Origin: an uncultured Nitrospiraceae bacterium | GTDB taxonomy: Bacteria > Nitrospirota > Thermodesulfovibrionia > Thermodesulfovibrionales > Dissulfurispiraceae | Assembly (NCBI GenBank): GCA_947085205.1 | Contig: CAMTVO010000019.1 | Coordinates: 1 to 51,760, forward strand | Direction of reading: 5' to 3' | Length of the DNA: 51,760 nucleotides | Notes under the pieces: model-generated | What the model was told of the DNA's origin: nothing | Database searches by the model: none | Seen by the model: only the letters and a program-made list of their open reading frames with translations | In this document: in pieces, positions 11,853-21,123 of the stretch | How positions within the stretch are numbered: the stretch's first letter is position 1 | Layout of the letters: every line of letters begins with the position of its first letter | Made by a program: the position numbers and the translations under genes

Positions 11853-12377
11853 ATGTCTAATTATCCCCGTTTTATTGCCGATGCTATGCTCGGAAGCCTT
11901 GCAAAATGGCTCAGGATCTTGGGTTTCGACACGCTATACTTCAGGCAAATAGACGACAATGAAATCATAAAAATCGCAAAACAGGATCACAGAATACTTT
12001 TGACAGGAGACAACATTCTTGCAAAAAGCAAAAAGATTGACAGTTACATACTGATAAATTCTAACGATATATCAGGACAATTAAGAGAGGTTCTCAAAAC
12101 AGTATGCACTAAGCAGTATGCAGTAGGCAGCGAAGAAAGTGCTTACTGCTTACTTCCTACTGCTTACTTTTTTTCCCGTTGTATAAAATGTAACGGCGAA
12201 CTTGTGTCAACAGACAGGAAATCCGTGGCAAGCTGCGTGCCCGAGCATGTCTTCCTGAACTTCCATTCTTTTTTAAGATGCATGGATTGTGGTAAAATTT
12301 ACTGGGAGGGTTCTCATAAGAAAATGATGGATGCAAAGATAAAGGACATTCTGGCAGGGATAAAAGATAGCCTATGA
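11853..12377 (+). CDS. Mut7-C RNase domain protein (PIN-like fold plus Zn ribbon)
   Basis: FIADAMLGSLAKWLRILGFDT, RCIKCNG, CMDCGKIYWEGSH. Confidence 0.9.
   Translation: MSNYPRFIADAMLGSLAKWLRILGFDTLYFRQIDDNEIIKIAKQDHRILLTGDNILAKSKKIDSYILINSNDISGQLREVLKTVCTKQYAVGSEESAYCLLPTAYFFSRCIKCNGELVSTDRKSVASCVPEHVFLNFHSFLRCMDCGKIYWEGSHKKMMDAKIKDILAGIKDSL
12100..12168. repeat. Heptamer inverted repeat translated in frame inside the Mut7-C gene
   Basis: CAGTATG CACTAAG CAGTATG CAGTAGG ... TGCTTAC TGCTTAC TTCCTAC TGCTTAC; encodes VCTKQYAVGSEESAYCLLPTAY. Confidence 0.85.
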
Positions 12378-12492
12378 AAAAGCGGCGTCATAGAGCTATT
12401 CCTGATTCCCTTATTAATCTCTTTGAGCACATGAAGGGCTTTATCCTCGCTGCTATCGTAGCGTATTGATTTAAAATAGTTTGGAGGGTGTG

Positions 12493-13962
12493 ATGAAGAT
12501 ATTTAAGAATCTTGACCCAAAGAAACGATTCGCCCTTCTTATAATTCTTATTTATATTATTTCCCTCCCGGTAATTTCCGTCATCACTTACCTTATTTTA
12601 AAACAAAATGCAATTAATAATGCCTACAATACTGCCAGATTATATCTCACTTCTTTTGAAGCTGCAAGACATTATGTTGGTGATGAATTGAGACCTGTTT
12701 TGCAGAAGGAATTACCTGACAGATTTATAGTAGAAGGCATGTCGAGGTCTTATGTTGCCGGAAATATCGCGAGAAGGGTATTAAAGGAACTTCCCGGTTA
12801 TTTTTTTAAGCATGCCTCTTTAAATCCAAAAAATCCGGGAAATAAGGCTGACGAATTCGAAGCAGATATAATTAACGAATTCAGAAGCAAAAGGGAAATG
12901 AAGGAGTGGAAAAGTCTTATAGAAAAAGATGGATACGAATATTATGTTTTTGCACACGCAGGTGAACCTGCGGAGGAAAAGTGTCTATACTGTCATGGTA
13001 ATCCTGCTGTGGCTCCAAAGGAAATAATAGAGAGATATGGCACAACATCAGGCTTTAATATGAGGGCTGGTGATGTGGTTGACACCCTTATAGTATATAT
13101 ACCCATTCAGGCGCCTCTTGCAAATGCCAGACAGGCTGTTGTAATTTTCATCGCTATTTACACAATATTCTTTGGCATTGTTTTCTGGCTTGTCAACAGA
13201 AGATTTGGATGGTTTTATGAGAAGATTGAGTCGGATAAAAAGACAATCGAGGATGTAAGTAAAGAGATTTTAAATCTAAATCGCGAAATGGAGGATATAG
13301 TTGCTGAACGAACTATGGGCATGGTCGGCTTGAGAGTAGCTGACCGCATCCGAAATCCTGTCACTGTTATCGGAGGGCTTTGCCGACAGGTGTATAAAAG
13401 GGAACTGGACGAGGCATCTAAAGAAAAGCTTGGAGATATCTTGGCTGAGTGCCAGAGGATGGAAAAAATTGTTGCTGACTTTGATGAACTGGTAAAGAGC
13501 AAGAGATTTCTATTCAAGCGCGAGGACCTTAACGAAATAGCTCATTCTACAATTCGTCTTGCAGAGCATGAGATAAAAGACAAGGATATCGGACTTTCTG
13601 TTAATTTATATGATAAGCCTTTAATGTTTAATGCAAACAGGCAGTTGATAAAAATAGCCGTAAGACATATTCTCGGTAACGCTATTGATGCCACTGCATC
13701 TGGCGGACAGATAACGGTATTATCAGGCGTAAAAGAAGATAATATATTTCTAACAATCACAGACACTGGGAAGGGTATGACCTCTGAGGAGCTGCATAAA
13801 ACATTTGAACCGTTTTACAGCACAAAGGGAAGAACAGGGATGGGACTTCCCCTTGTCAGACAAATCATATCAGAACACATGGGAGAGATTGTAATGGATA
13901 GCAAGCCAGGTGTCGGAACCACTGTCCAGTTTACCTTTCCCACACGATGGATGGAAAAATAA
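12493..13962 (+). CDS. Membrane sensor histidine-kinase-like protein with a periplasmic heme-c (DUF3365/Tll0287-like) domain; H-box His replaced by Asp
   Basis: Two TM segments; ASLNPKNPGNKADEFE and CLYCHG; H-box reads VADRIRNP; HATPase boxes NAIDA, DTGKGM, FEPFYSTK, GMGL; SD GGAGGG before ATG 12493. Confidence 0.85.
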   Translation: MKIFKNLDPKKRFALLIILIYIISLPVISVITYLILKQNAINNAYNTARLYLTSFEAARHYVGDELRPVLQKELPDRFIVEGMSRSYVAGNIARRVLKELPGYFFKHASLNPKNPGNKADEFEADIINEFRSKREMKEWKSLIEKDGYEYYVFAHAGEPAEEKCLYCHGNPAVAPKEIIERYGTTSGFNMRAGDVVDTLIVYIPIQAPLANARQAVVIFIAIYTIFFGIVFWLVNRRFGWFYEKIESDKKTIEDVSKEILNLNREMEDIVAERTMGMVGLRVADRIRNPVTVIGGLCRQVYKRELDEASKEKLGDILAECQRMEKIVADFDELVKSKRFLFKREDLNEIAHSTIRLAEHEIKDKDIGLSVNLYDKPLMFNANRQLIKIAVRHILGNAIDATASGGQITVLSGVKEDNIFLTITDTGKGMTSEELHKTFEPFYSTKGRTGMGLPLVRQIISEHMGEIVMDSKPGVGTTVQFTFPTRWMEK

Positions 13963-14062
13963 TCCGCAGCGGATGAGTAATGTTTCATTGCCTTGTGTGT
14001 AGATGTTGCATTTCTCTGTGTATCATTTTTTGCAAATCTGCAACTGGAAACCTTTTTTTAGA

Positions 14063-14458
14063 CTATTTCGAAGGAATAAGTTTTGCTTGCGCCTCGGCAA
14101 TGACCGTGCCGTCTGATGTTTTTAAAAGGTGCGACCGTGCCTCGATGAGCCTCGGGCTTTTCTTGACTATCTCTGCCTCTGCAATCGTCTTTTCGTTGGC
14201 CATCAAAGGAGTTTTAAATCTCACATTTATCTCCGCAGTGACAGGAGTAATCCCCTCTGCAATGGCTGCCTGTATCATGACCTCGTCGAGGACGGTAGTT
14301 ATTATGCCGCCGTGTGTTATGTCCTTGTATCCCTGATAAATCTTTGATGGAATAAATTCAGATGTGAGTCTGCCGTCTGAATATTGAAATGAAAGCTTTA
14401 ATCCACACCGGTTTTCTTTTCCGCACGCAAAACAGTAATTGTCGTCTTCAAGTTTCAC
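14063..14458 (-). CDS. PaaI/hotdog-fold thioesterase
   Basis: [30 protein letters not shown]. Confidence 0.9.
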   Translation of the reverse strand: MKLEDDNYCFACGKENRCGLKLSFQYSDGRLTSEFIPSKIYQGYKDITHGGIITTVLDEVMIQAAIAEGITPVTAEINVRFKTPLMANEKTIAEAEIVKKSPRLIEARSHLLKTSDGTVIAEAQAKLIPSK

Positions 14459-15717
14459 TTGTTCATCATTTCGAGGAATTCTTTATTGCTCTTTGCGCCC
14501 TTGAGCTTGCTCATAAGAAACTCCATGCTTTCCACAGTGCTTAGTGGATTCAGGACCTTTCTGAGTATCCACATCTTGTTGAGGACATCCTTGTCGACGA
14601 GGAGTTCTTCCTTTCTCGTTCCTGAAGAGTTAATGTCGATGCTCGGGAATATCCTCTTATCGACGAGCTTGCGGTCGAGATGTATCTCCATATTGCCCGT
14701 CCCTTTGAACTCTTCAAATATGACATCATCCATCCTGCTTCCGGTGTCTACAAGGGCGGTTGCAAGTATTGTTATACTGCCGCCCTCCTCGATATTTCTT
14801 GCAGTTCCGAAAAACCTCTTCGGCTTCTGAAGGGCATTGGCATCGAGACCGCCCGACAGAACCTTACCGCTTGTGGGAGTTATTGTATTATAAGCCCTTG
14901 CAAGTCTTGTTATACTGTCAAGGAGTATGACCACATCCTTCTTTGTCTCCACAAGACGCTTCGCCCTCTCCATAACCATTTCCGATACCTGACAATGTCT
15001 CTGCGGCGGCTCATCGAAGGTTGAGCTTATAATCTCTGCAGTGCTCACCTGCCTCTTCCAGTCTGTAACTTCCTCCGGCCTTTCGTCTATCAGGAGTATT
15101 ATGAGATGTATCTCCTTGTGGTTTTTTTTAATCGCCTTTGCGATGGACTGAAGCAGCATCGTCTTTCCTGTCCTCGGCGCTGCAACAACGAGTCCGCGCT
15201 GGCCTTTGCCGATGGGAGTTATGAGATCCATAACCCTCATGGAGTAATCTTCAGTCTGGTACTCTAAGTTTATCTTTTTTGTCGGATAATAAGGCGTAAG
15301 GTTGTCGAAAAGCGGACGGCTTGTAGTGTCTTCCGTAGACTCGCCGTTTATTGACCCTACTTTCAAAAGTGCGAAATACCGCTCACTTTCCTTTGGAGGC
15401 CTTATCTGTCCTGATACAAAATCACCTGTCCTTAATGTAAACCTCCTGATTTGAGATGGGGATACATATATGTCATCAGGAGAAGGCAGGTAACTGTAAT
15501 CAGGGGAGCGGAGAAATCCAAAACCGTCAGGTAGTATTTCGAGGACGCCGGAGCCGTAGACAGTGCCTGCCTTTTCAGCCTGCGCCTGCAGGATTGCGAA
15601 TATGATCTCCTGTTTTCTCATTCCTGTTGCACCATCAACATTAAGTTTCTTGGCAAGTTGAGCAAGTGCATCAATGTTTTTTTCTTTTAATTCCGAAATT
15701 GCAATATAGTTTTCCAT
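14455..15717 (-). CDS. rho: Transcription termination factor Rho (probable start at ATG 15717)
   Basis: [50 protein letters not shown] upstream. Confidence 0.99.
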   Translation of the reverse strand: MENYIAISELKEKNIDALAQLAKKLNVDGATGMRKQEIIFAILQAQAEKAGTVYGSGVLEILPDGFGFLRSPDYSYLPSPDDIYVSPSQIRRFTLRTGDFVSGQIRPPKESERYFALLKVGSINGESTEDTTSRPLFDNLTPYYPTKKINLEYQTEDYSMRVMDLITPIGKGQRGLVVAAPRTGKTMLLQSIAKAIKKNHKEIHLIILLIDERPEEVTDWKRQVSTAEIISSTFDEPPQRHCQVSEMVMERAKRLVETKKDVVILLDSITRLARAYNTITPTSGKVLSGGLDANALQKPKRFFGTARNIEEGGSITILATALVDTGSRMDDVIFEEFKGTGNMEIHLDRKLVDKRIFPSIDINSSGTRKEELLVDKDVLNKMWILRKVLNPLSTVESMEFLMSKLKGAKSNKEFLEMMNK

Positions 15718-15963
15718 ATGTTTTTTACCTCTCCGGGCTATCATAATTAATCAGTCATTGAAATAGTCTGGTCATCAAGCAATTGATTTTTTAATATACG
15801 AATACTCCCGATGATTTAATGGCTTAGTGACTTATAAACCAAATATGAATTGTTTAGTCTTTGAGTTCTGCTTTTTGATTTTTGCATCTGTTTTTACGAA
15901 TTATCCCTAATTCTGGCCCAACTCTGGACTAATTTAGGAGAGATAATCAGAATGACTATTATT

Positions 15964-15992
15964 AGTCTACAAAATGTTTGTATCTTTGTCAA
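15964..15992 (-). promoter_or_regulatory. Sigma70-type promoter of rho
   Basis: Minus strand TTGACA-N17-TAGACT, about 245 nt upstream of the rho ATG. Confidence 0.65.
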
Positions 15993-16016
15993 TACTTGTT
16001 CCTGTGAAAACAGGAA

Positions 16017-16574
16017 TCAAATAAACTCCTTTTCGCACTGGGCTATAATGTGTGCCATCTCCTCTTCCGACATATCAGACAGTATAAGCCTGCCTTGCTT
16101 GTCCCTGTCAAGTTTTGAAATGCCCGGGAATTGCCTTTCCAGCAATTTGATGTTCAATGCCTGTTGCCTGATGATATCCAGAAGCCTCCGGTTTTCCTCT
16201 TCTAAATTGTATTTATCGATAGCGGCCTTGACAGCAAACCTGATCTCCATGCCATTCCATGGTTTTGTGAAAAATCTATAGATTTCCCCTTCGTTAATTG
16301 CCTTCATTGCTGAATCTATGCTCGCATGGCCTGTAAGCATAATTCTGGTTACATCAGGAAACTGCTGACGAACCATTGCAAGGAATTCAGCACCTGATAT
16401 GTCCGGCATTTTTTCATCAGATATGACCACCTTTATGGGATGATTCTTCAGTATCTCCATGCCTTCCTGTGCACCTTCGGCTGAATATATTTGATATGGG
16501 TCTTCAATAAATACCCTTTTCACAGCAGCAATTACATTTGGCTCATCATCTACTATCAGGATGCTATCTTCCAT
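16017..16574 (-). CDS. Response regulator (REC plus short coiled-coil/acidic tail, no recognisable output domain)
   Basis: ILIVDDE, VVISDEKMP, IMLTG, FFTKPW. Confidence 0.9.
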   Translation of the reverse strand: MEDSILIVDDEPNVIAAVKRVFIEDPYQIYSAEGAQEGMEILKNHPIKVVISDEKMPDISGAEFLAMVRQQFPDVTRIMLTGHASIDSAMKAINEGEIYRFFTKPWNGMEIRFAVKAAIDKYNLEEENRRLLDIIRQQALNIKLLERQFPGISKLDRDKQGRLILSDMSEEEMAHIIAQCEKEFI

Positions 16575-16587
16575 GAGTTAAAACCTC

Positions 16588-18999
16588 CTACTTTTTCGTT
16601 CCGCAGAATGGACAAATATCCCATTCCTCCTCAAGTGGTATTTTACAATTATGGCATATGTTATGCCTGAACATGCCGCAGAAGGGGCAGAATAAAAATT
16701 TTATATCGATCATGTTGCCGCAGTTCTCGCACTGGCGCTCATACTTTGTGGGAGGGCCTATTACCCTCAATAGCTCCTCCAGTGTCGTAATGCCGAGCCT
16801 TACCTTCTCTATCCCATCCTCTATTAATGTCCTCATCCCTCCCGCCTTTGCGAGGTTCATAATTTCCGACTCTTTATAATCGCTGCCTATGAGCTGCCTG
16901 AACTCATCGTTCATTACAAACAACTCGAAAATGCCTGTCCTTCCAAGATAGCCTGTATTATTGCATTTGCTGCATCCCTTGCCAATGGTCACTTCCTTGA
17001 AAGTGTTCTCCGGTATCTTGAGGAGCTTCATTCCCTCTGCATCAGGACTGGTTATTGTCTTGCAGTAGCGGCAGATTTTTCTTACAAGCCTCTGCGCTAT
17101 TATTCCTTCCACGGCTGAAGCAATAAGGTATGGCTTAACACCTATATCAATAAGACGGGTGATGGATGCAACTGTATTGTTTGTGTGGAGGCTTGTTAGA
17201 ACCATGTGGCCTGTGAGCGCTGCCTTAAATGCCACATCCGCTGTCTCATAATCACGGATTTCACCCACCAGTATTACATCAGGGTCCTGTCTCAGCGTTG
17301 CCCTCAATACGGATGCAAAGGACAATCCTATCCTTTCTCTCACATAGACCTGATTTGCATCTTCAAGGAAGTATTCCACAGGGTCTTCAATTGTCTCAAA
17401 GTTTTTAGTTGATTGCATCATTTCGTAAAGAATGGAGTACAGCATGGTAGTTTTGCCGCTTCCGGTAGGTCCTGTTGATATCAGTATGCCCTGAGGTTTT
17501 TTTATGACTACCTCCAATCTCTGTAGGTCGTCCTGCAGCATTCCAAGCTCTGCAATCTTTTTGATGGAGGCGCCTTTATCCAGTATCCTCATAACTACCT
17601 TTTCTCCGTTTATGGTCGGCATTGTGGAAACCCTGACATCCACTATTCTTGTGCCTGTTTTTATGGTAATCCTTCCGTCCTGCGGCTTGCGGCGCTCTGA
17701 AATGTCCATCTTGGCAAGGATCTTCATCCTTGATATAACAGCAGGGTGGAGATTTGAAGGTATTTTTATCTTTGTGTGGAGCATTCCGTCGATTCTGTAT
17801 CTGACAATTGTATATTTGGTCTTTGGCTCAATGTGTATATCGCTTGCCTGATAGCGGAGCGCCTCCATGATGATTGCATTTACAATTCTTACAATTGGTG
17901 GAATGCCTGATGTGCTTATCAGCTCCTGAACATTTATGTCCGATTCATCTTCTTCTATGACAACATCTATTTCCTCTATGGGCTCAAACTCCAGTGTTTC
18001 TCCGATTTCCTGAATTGTTTCTGTCCCTTCTCTTTCTCCGTATATTTTTTTAATCTGATTAATAATATCAGAGGAAGTTGCAAGCACAGGAATTACTTTA
18101 AATCCCGTAAGCATGGAGATATTGTCTATTTTCATAATGTCCGAAGGGTCTGCCATTGCAATTGTTAAATTCCTTCCGTCGAGTTTTATGGGAAGCAGCC
18201 TGTTTTTTTCACATAGCTCCATGGGTAGAAACTTTGCCACATTCGGGTTTATACGAACCTCTTTAAGGTCTATATAATCTAAATTCTGGTGCTTCTGGAG
18301 CGCCTGTATTATCTTCGATTCTGTGGTGAAGCCAAGACGGACTATTACATCGCTTATGAATTCGCCCTTATATTTTTCTTTCAATGTCCTGTTGAGCTGT
18401 TCATTGGTAATGATGCCGGATTTCACGAGTATGCTGCCTAAAATTCCCCTGTATTCGTCAAAGAGATTGGAGTAGGTTTTGATTTTTACCTGCTGCTCCT
18501 TTGCCAGCTCCTTGAGCTTCTTATTTTCATGGATCAGGACATACTGCTGTAAGGCAAGGCTTACTGTCAATCGTAGGTCTTCATCATTCCACGGTTTTGT
18601 TATGAATTTATAGACTGCTCCCTCATTTACTGCGCCCATTACTGCTTGGATGTCTGCATAACCAGTAAGCATAATCCGTATGGTCTCGGGCCATCTGTTT
18701 TTAATCTCTCTGAGCAGTTCAGAACCGAGCATCCCGGGCATTCTGTGGTCGGAAATCACCAGGTGAACGACGGTGTTTTCCATGATTTTTAATGATTCTT
18801 CCCCTGAAGTGGCGGTCAGGATTTCGTAGTTTTCATCGAGGAATATGCGTCTAAGCGCATTAAGCACATTCTCTTCATCGTCGACAAAGAGCAGCGTAAA
18901 TCTTGATTGAGCGGAATCAGGCGGCTCCTGCCGGCTTATTATTTCATCGTCCGAGTTGTCTTTTTTTGCCGTTTTGAAAAGCTCGGCGTATTTTGCCAT
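16588..18999 (-). CDS. REC-domain-fused PilB/GspE-family secretion ATPase with C-terminal double zinc ribbon
   Basis: N-terminal REC (FVDDEE, ISDHRMP, FITKPW); MshEN/T2SSE-N-like region; ASDIHIEP, Walker A GPTGSGKTT, TIEDPVE, Walker B LRQDPDVILVGEIRD, TGH..LH; CRYC/CSKC Zn motif; four C-terminal CxxC pairs. Confidence 0.92.
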   Translation of the reverse strand: MAKYAELFKTAKKDNSDDEIISRQEPPDSAQSRFTLLFVDDEENVLNALRRIFLDENYEILTATSGEESLKIMENTVVHLVISDHRMPGMLGSELLREIKNRWPETIRIMLTGYADIQAVMGAVNEGAVYKFITKPWNDEDLRLTVSLALQQYVLIHENKKLKELAKEQQVKIKTYSNLFDEYRGILGSILVKSGIITNEQLNRTLKEKYKGEFISDVIVRLGFTTESKIIQALQKHQNLDYIDLKEVRINPNVAKFLPMELCEKNRLLPIKLDGRNLTIAMADPSDIMKIDNISMLTGFKVIPVLATSSDIINQIKKIYGEREGTETIQEIGETLEFEPIEEIDVVIEEDESDINVQELISTSGIPPIVRIVNAIIMEALRYQASDIHIEPKTKYTIVRYRIDGMLHTKIKIPSNLHPAVISRMKILAKMDISERRKPQDGRITIKTGTRIVDVRVSTMPTINGEKVVMRILDKGASIKKIAELGMLQDDLQRLEVVIKKPQGILISTGPTGSGKTTMLYSILYEMMQSTKNFETIEDPVEYFLEDANQVYVRERIGLSFASVLRATLRQDPDVILVGEIRDYETADVAFKAALTGHMVLTSLHTNNTVASITRLIDIGVKPYLIASAVEGIIAQRLVRKICRYCKTITSPDAEGMKLLKIPENTFKEVTIGKGCSKCNNTGYLGRTGIFELFVMNDEFRQLIGSDYKESEIMNLAKAGGMRTLIEDGIEKVRLGITTLEELLRVIGPPTKYERQCENCGNMIDIKFLFCPFCGMFRHNICHNCKIPLEEEWDICPFCGTKK

Positions 19000-19006
19000 T
19001 ATTCCA

Positions 19007-20359
19007 TTACTCCATTCTTCTTAACGGCAATGTTATTACAAAGGTTGACCCCTTCTCCGGCTCGCTCTTGACTTCGATATTCCCTCCATGCCGGGATATA
19101 ATATCATGGGCTACTGTCAGCCCCATTCCTGTGCCTTTACCTACTTCCTTTGTGGTAAAGAACGGCTCAAATATGCGGCTCTGGATCTCAGAGGGAATGC
19201 CCTTACCATTGTCAGCAATGGAAATGACCGCATCGTCTCCATGCTGTTCTGTTTTAATCGTTACTATAATGTTATCGTCCCTCGAATGGAGGGCGTTTAA
19301 CAGGATGTTCAGAAATGCCTGACATATAAGCCCGGGATTGCCGTAGAAACCCGCAACCTGATCATACTGTTTTACGATCTCTGCCGACCTGTTTTTTATC
19401 TCATTTGAAAGCACACTGATGGTATTGTCCATTTCTTCATTGATACTTATCTCCCTGTCGGCAGCCTCATCTATGTGAGAGAATCCCTTTAAATTTGTCA
19501 CAATATGTTTTATCCGCTCAGCACCATCTTTACTTTGCCTGATTAAATCATATATATCGCTCAGTATAAAGTCAATTTTCAGTTTTTTATATAATTCCTC
19601 CCCCTCTTGCTTCTTGCCTATCGCCTCTTGCCTTTTATAGAACTGAAGCATTTCTGTAAGATTTTTAACATATTTCCATAATGTATTGAGATTGCTGTAA
19701 ATAAAGCCCATGGGATTGTTTATCTCATGGGCAACGCCTGCTGCAAGCTTTCCTATGGACGCCATCTTTTCCTGCTGAAGGAGTTTTGCATAAGCTCTTT
19801 TTAATTCGGCCGTTCTTTCCTTGACCGTTTGATCGAGGGTTTCGGACAGTTCCCTGTATCTCTTTTCCGAGGCCGCCAGGTTTTTGTTGATTTCTATGAG
19901 CTCTTCATAAGACCTCTTTACAACAGTTGTGTGCAGTTCTGTGGTGAATACCCTTTTTACGATATTCCTTATTATGATATTGAGCCCTGTGAAAGCGGTA
20001 TCCATGAGATTTGATAGAAACTGCTTACTTACTGTTCCTGGTGCGGAGATGAAGAAGAAACCGATGGGTTCAGCCTCGTGATAGATGGCAGATAATCGCC
20101 AGTTAACTCCGCTTAGGGTCTCCGGTTTTTTGCGGCCTCCCTTTGCTATGGCCTCCATTGCCATTGACGGCAATTCTTTGGTATCCGGGATACTGCCTTC
20201 CGCCCATAGGAATTTGCCCTTTCTATCCGTAACAGCCGCAAGGTCTGCGCCTGCCTTCACCATTGTTTTCAATAAAGGGAGCACATCCGGGGCGCTCAGT
20301 ATGTCTTTAAGCCCCATATCTGCGCCGAGTGAAAAATCTATCCTGTCCATTTGTTCCAT
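19007..20359 (-). CDS. Cytoplasmic sensor histidine kinase (NtrB-like HisKA/HATPase)
   Basis: QEKMASIGKLAAGVAHEINNP, NILLNA, DNGKGI, FEPFFTTK, GTGMGL; no TM segment. Confidence 0.92.
   Translation of the reverse strand: MEQMDRIDFSLGADMGLKDILSAPDVLPLLKTMVKAGADLAAVTDRKGKFLWAEGSIPDTKELPSMAMEAIAKGGRKKPETLSGVNWRLSAIYHEAEPIGFFFISAPGTVSKQFLSNLMDTAFTGLNIIIRNIVKRVFTTELHTTVVKRSYEELIEINKNLAASEKRYRELSETLDQTVKERTAELKRAYAKLLQQEKMASIGKLAAGVAHEINNPMGFIYSNLNTLWKYVKNLTEMLQFYKRQEAIGKKQEGEELYKKLKIDFILSDIYDLIRQSKDGAERIKHIVTNLKGFSHIDEAADREISINEEMDNTISVLSNEIKNRSAEIVKQYDQVAGFYGNPGLICQAFLNILLNALHSRDDNIIVTIKTEQHGDDAVISIADNGKGIPSEIQSRIFEPFFTTKEVGKGTGMGLTVAHDIISRHGGNIEVKSEPEKGSTFVITLPLRRME
19603..19633. repeat. Heptamer repeat tract in frame inside the kinase
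   Basis: CCTCTTG CTTCTTG CCTATCG CCTCTTG CCT; encodes RQEAIGKKQE on the minus strand; units resemble the rplL-rpoB repeat. Confidence 0.65.
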
Positions 20360-20360
20360 A

Positions 20361-21029
20361 CTACTGCCCAGCCAATTCAGTGCTTACTTTTGTAAGTTTG
20401 TCCACGAACATCTCCTTTGTGAGCATATGCTTTTCTTTCAGGCTGTGGCGGATGTCGATATGATCGTAGGTGAGTTCCACGAGCCTTTTAAATGTTTCGA
20501 TTACCCCCCATCCCTGAAGTGCAGATGCCATAAAAATGGGAATACCTGTCGGCTCCCATACTCTTGTGATTTCATTTTCCGGGATAATGTCTTTTAAGTC
20601 CCTTTTGTTAAATTGTATGACGAGTGGAATCCTTCCTATATCGATACCTACAAAGGCAAGATTTTTTTCGAGGTTCTCGAAGCTCTCGGAATTATTTGCC
20701 GATTCCGAAATCTGAGAGTCAGCAATAAAGGCTATGCCGTCAGCCCTTGTCAGTACCGCCTTTCTGGTTGCATCATGGCGTACCTGTCCCGGAACGGTAT
20801 AAACCTTTACCTTTATCTTCAGACCGCCCGGGGCTATAAAGAAAAAGGGGAGGAGGTCAAAGAATATGGTGCGGTCGTCCTTTGTATCAAGGGTCATCAA
20901 ATCGCCCCTCCCTTCCATATCAAGGATGTCGTGGAGTCTTAAGAGATTGGTGGTTTTCCCTGACATGGCAGGCCCGTAATATACGAGCTTTAAAACCATC
21001 CTTTGCTCTATTTCATCATATTCAATCAT
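20361..21029 (-). CDS. MglA-family small Ras-like GTPase
   Basis: KLVYYGPAMSGKTTNL (G1), DRTIFFD (switch I Arg/Thr), YTVPGQV (G3), QFNKRDL (G4), ASA (G5). Confidence 0.92.
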   Translation of the reverse strand: MIEYDEIEQRMVLKLVYYGPAMSGKTTNLLRLHDILDMEGRGDLMTLDTKDDRTIFFDLLPFFFIAPGGLKIKVKVYTVPGQVRHDATRKAVLTRADGIAFIADSQISESANNSESFENLEKNLAFVGIDIGRIPLVIQFNKRDLKDIIPENEITRVWEPTGIPIFMASALQGWGVIETFKRLVELTYDHIDIRHSLKEKHMLTKEMFVDKLTKVSTELAGQ

Positions 21030-21090
21030 TCTTCAAGGAAGCAATAACATTCGGCTCGTCGTCTACTATTAAAATATTGTATATCTCCAT
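21022..21090 (-). pseudogene. 22-codon remnant of a response-regulator REC domain
   Basis: Strong SD GAGGAGG, then MEIYNILIVDDEPNVIASLKND*; near-identical to the start of 16017..16574 (MEDSILIVDDEPNVIAAVK); stop overlaps the GTPase ATG. Confidence 0.75.
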
Positions 21091-21123
21091 TCAAAACCTC
21101 CTCTGTTCTATTTCGTTATTTTT

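Noticed and set aside
12374..12469. 31-codon ORF overlapping the Mut7-C stop
   Set aside because: No recognisable motif; cannot be supported from sequence alone
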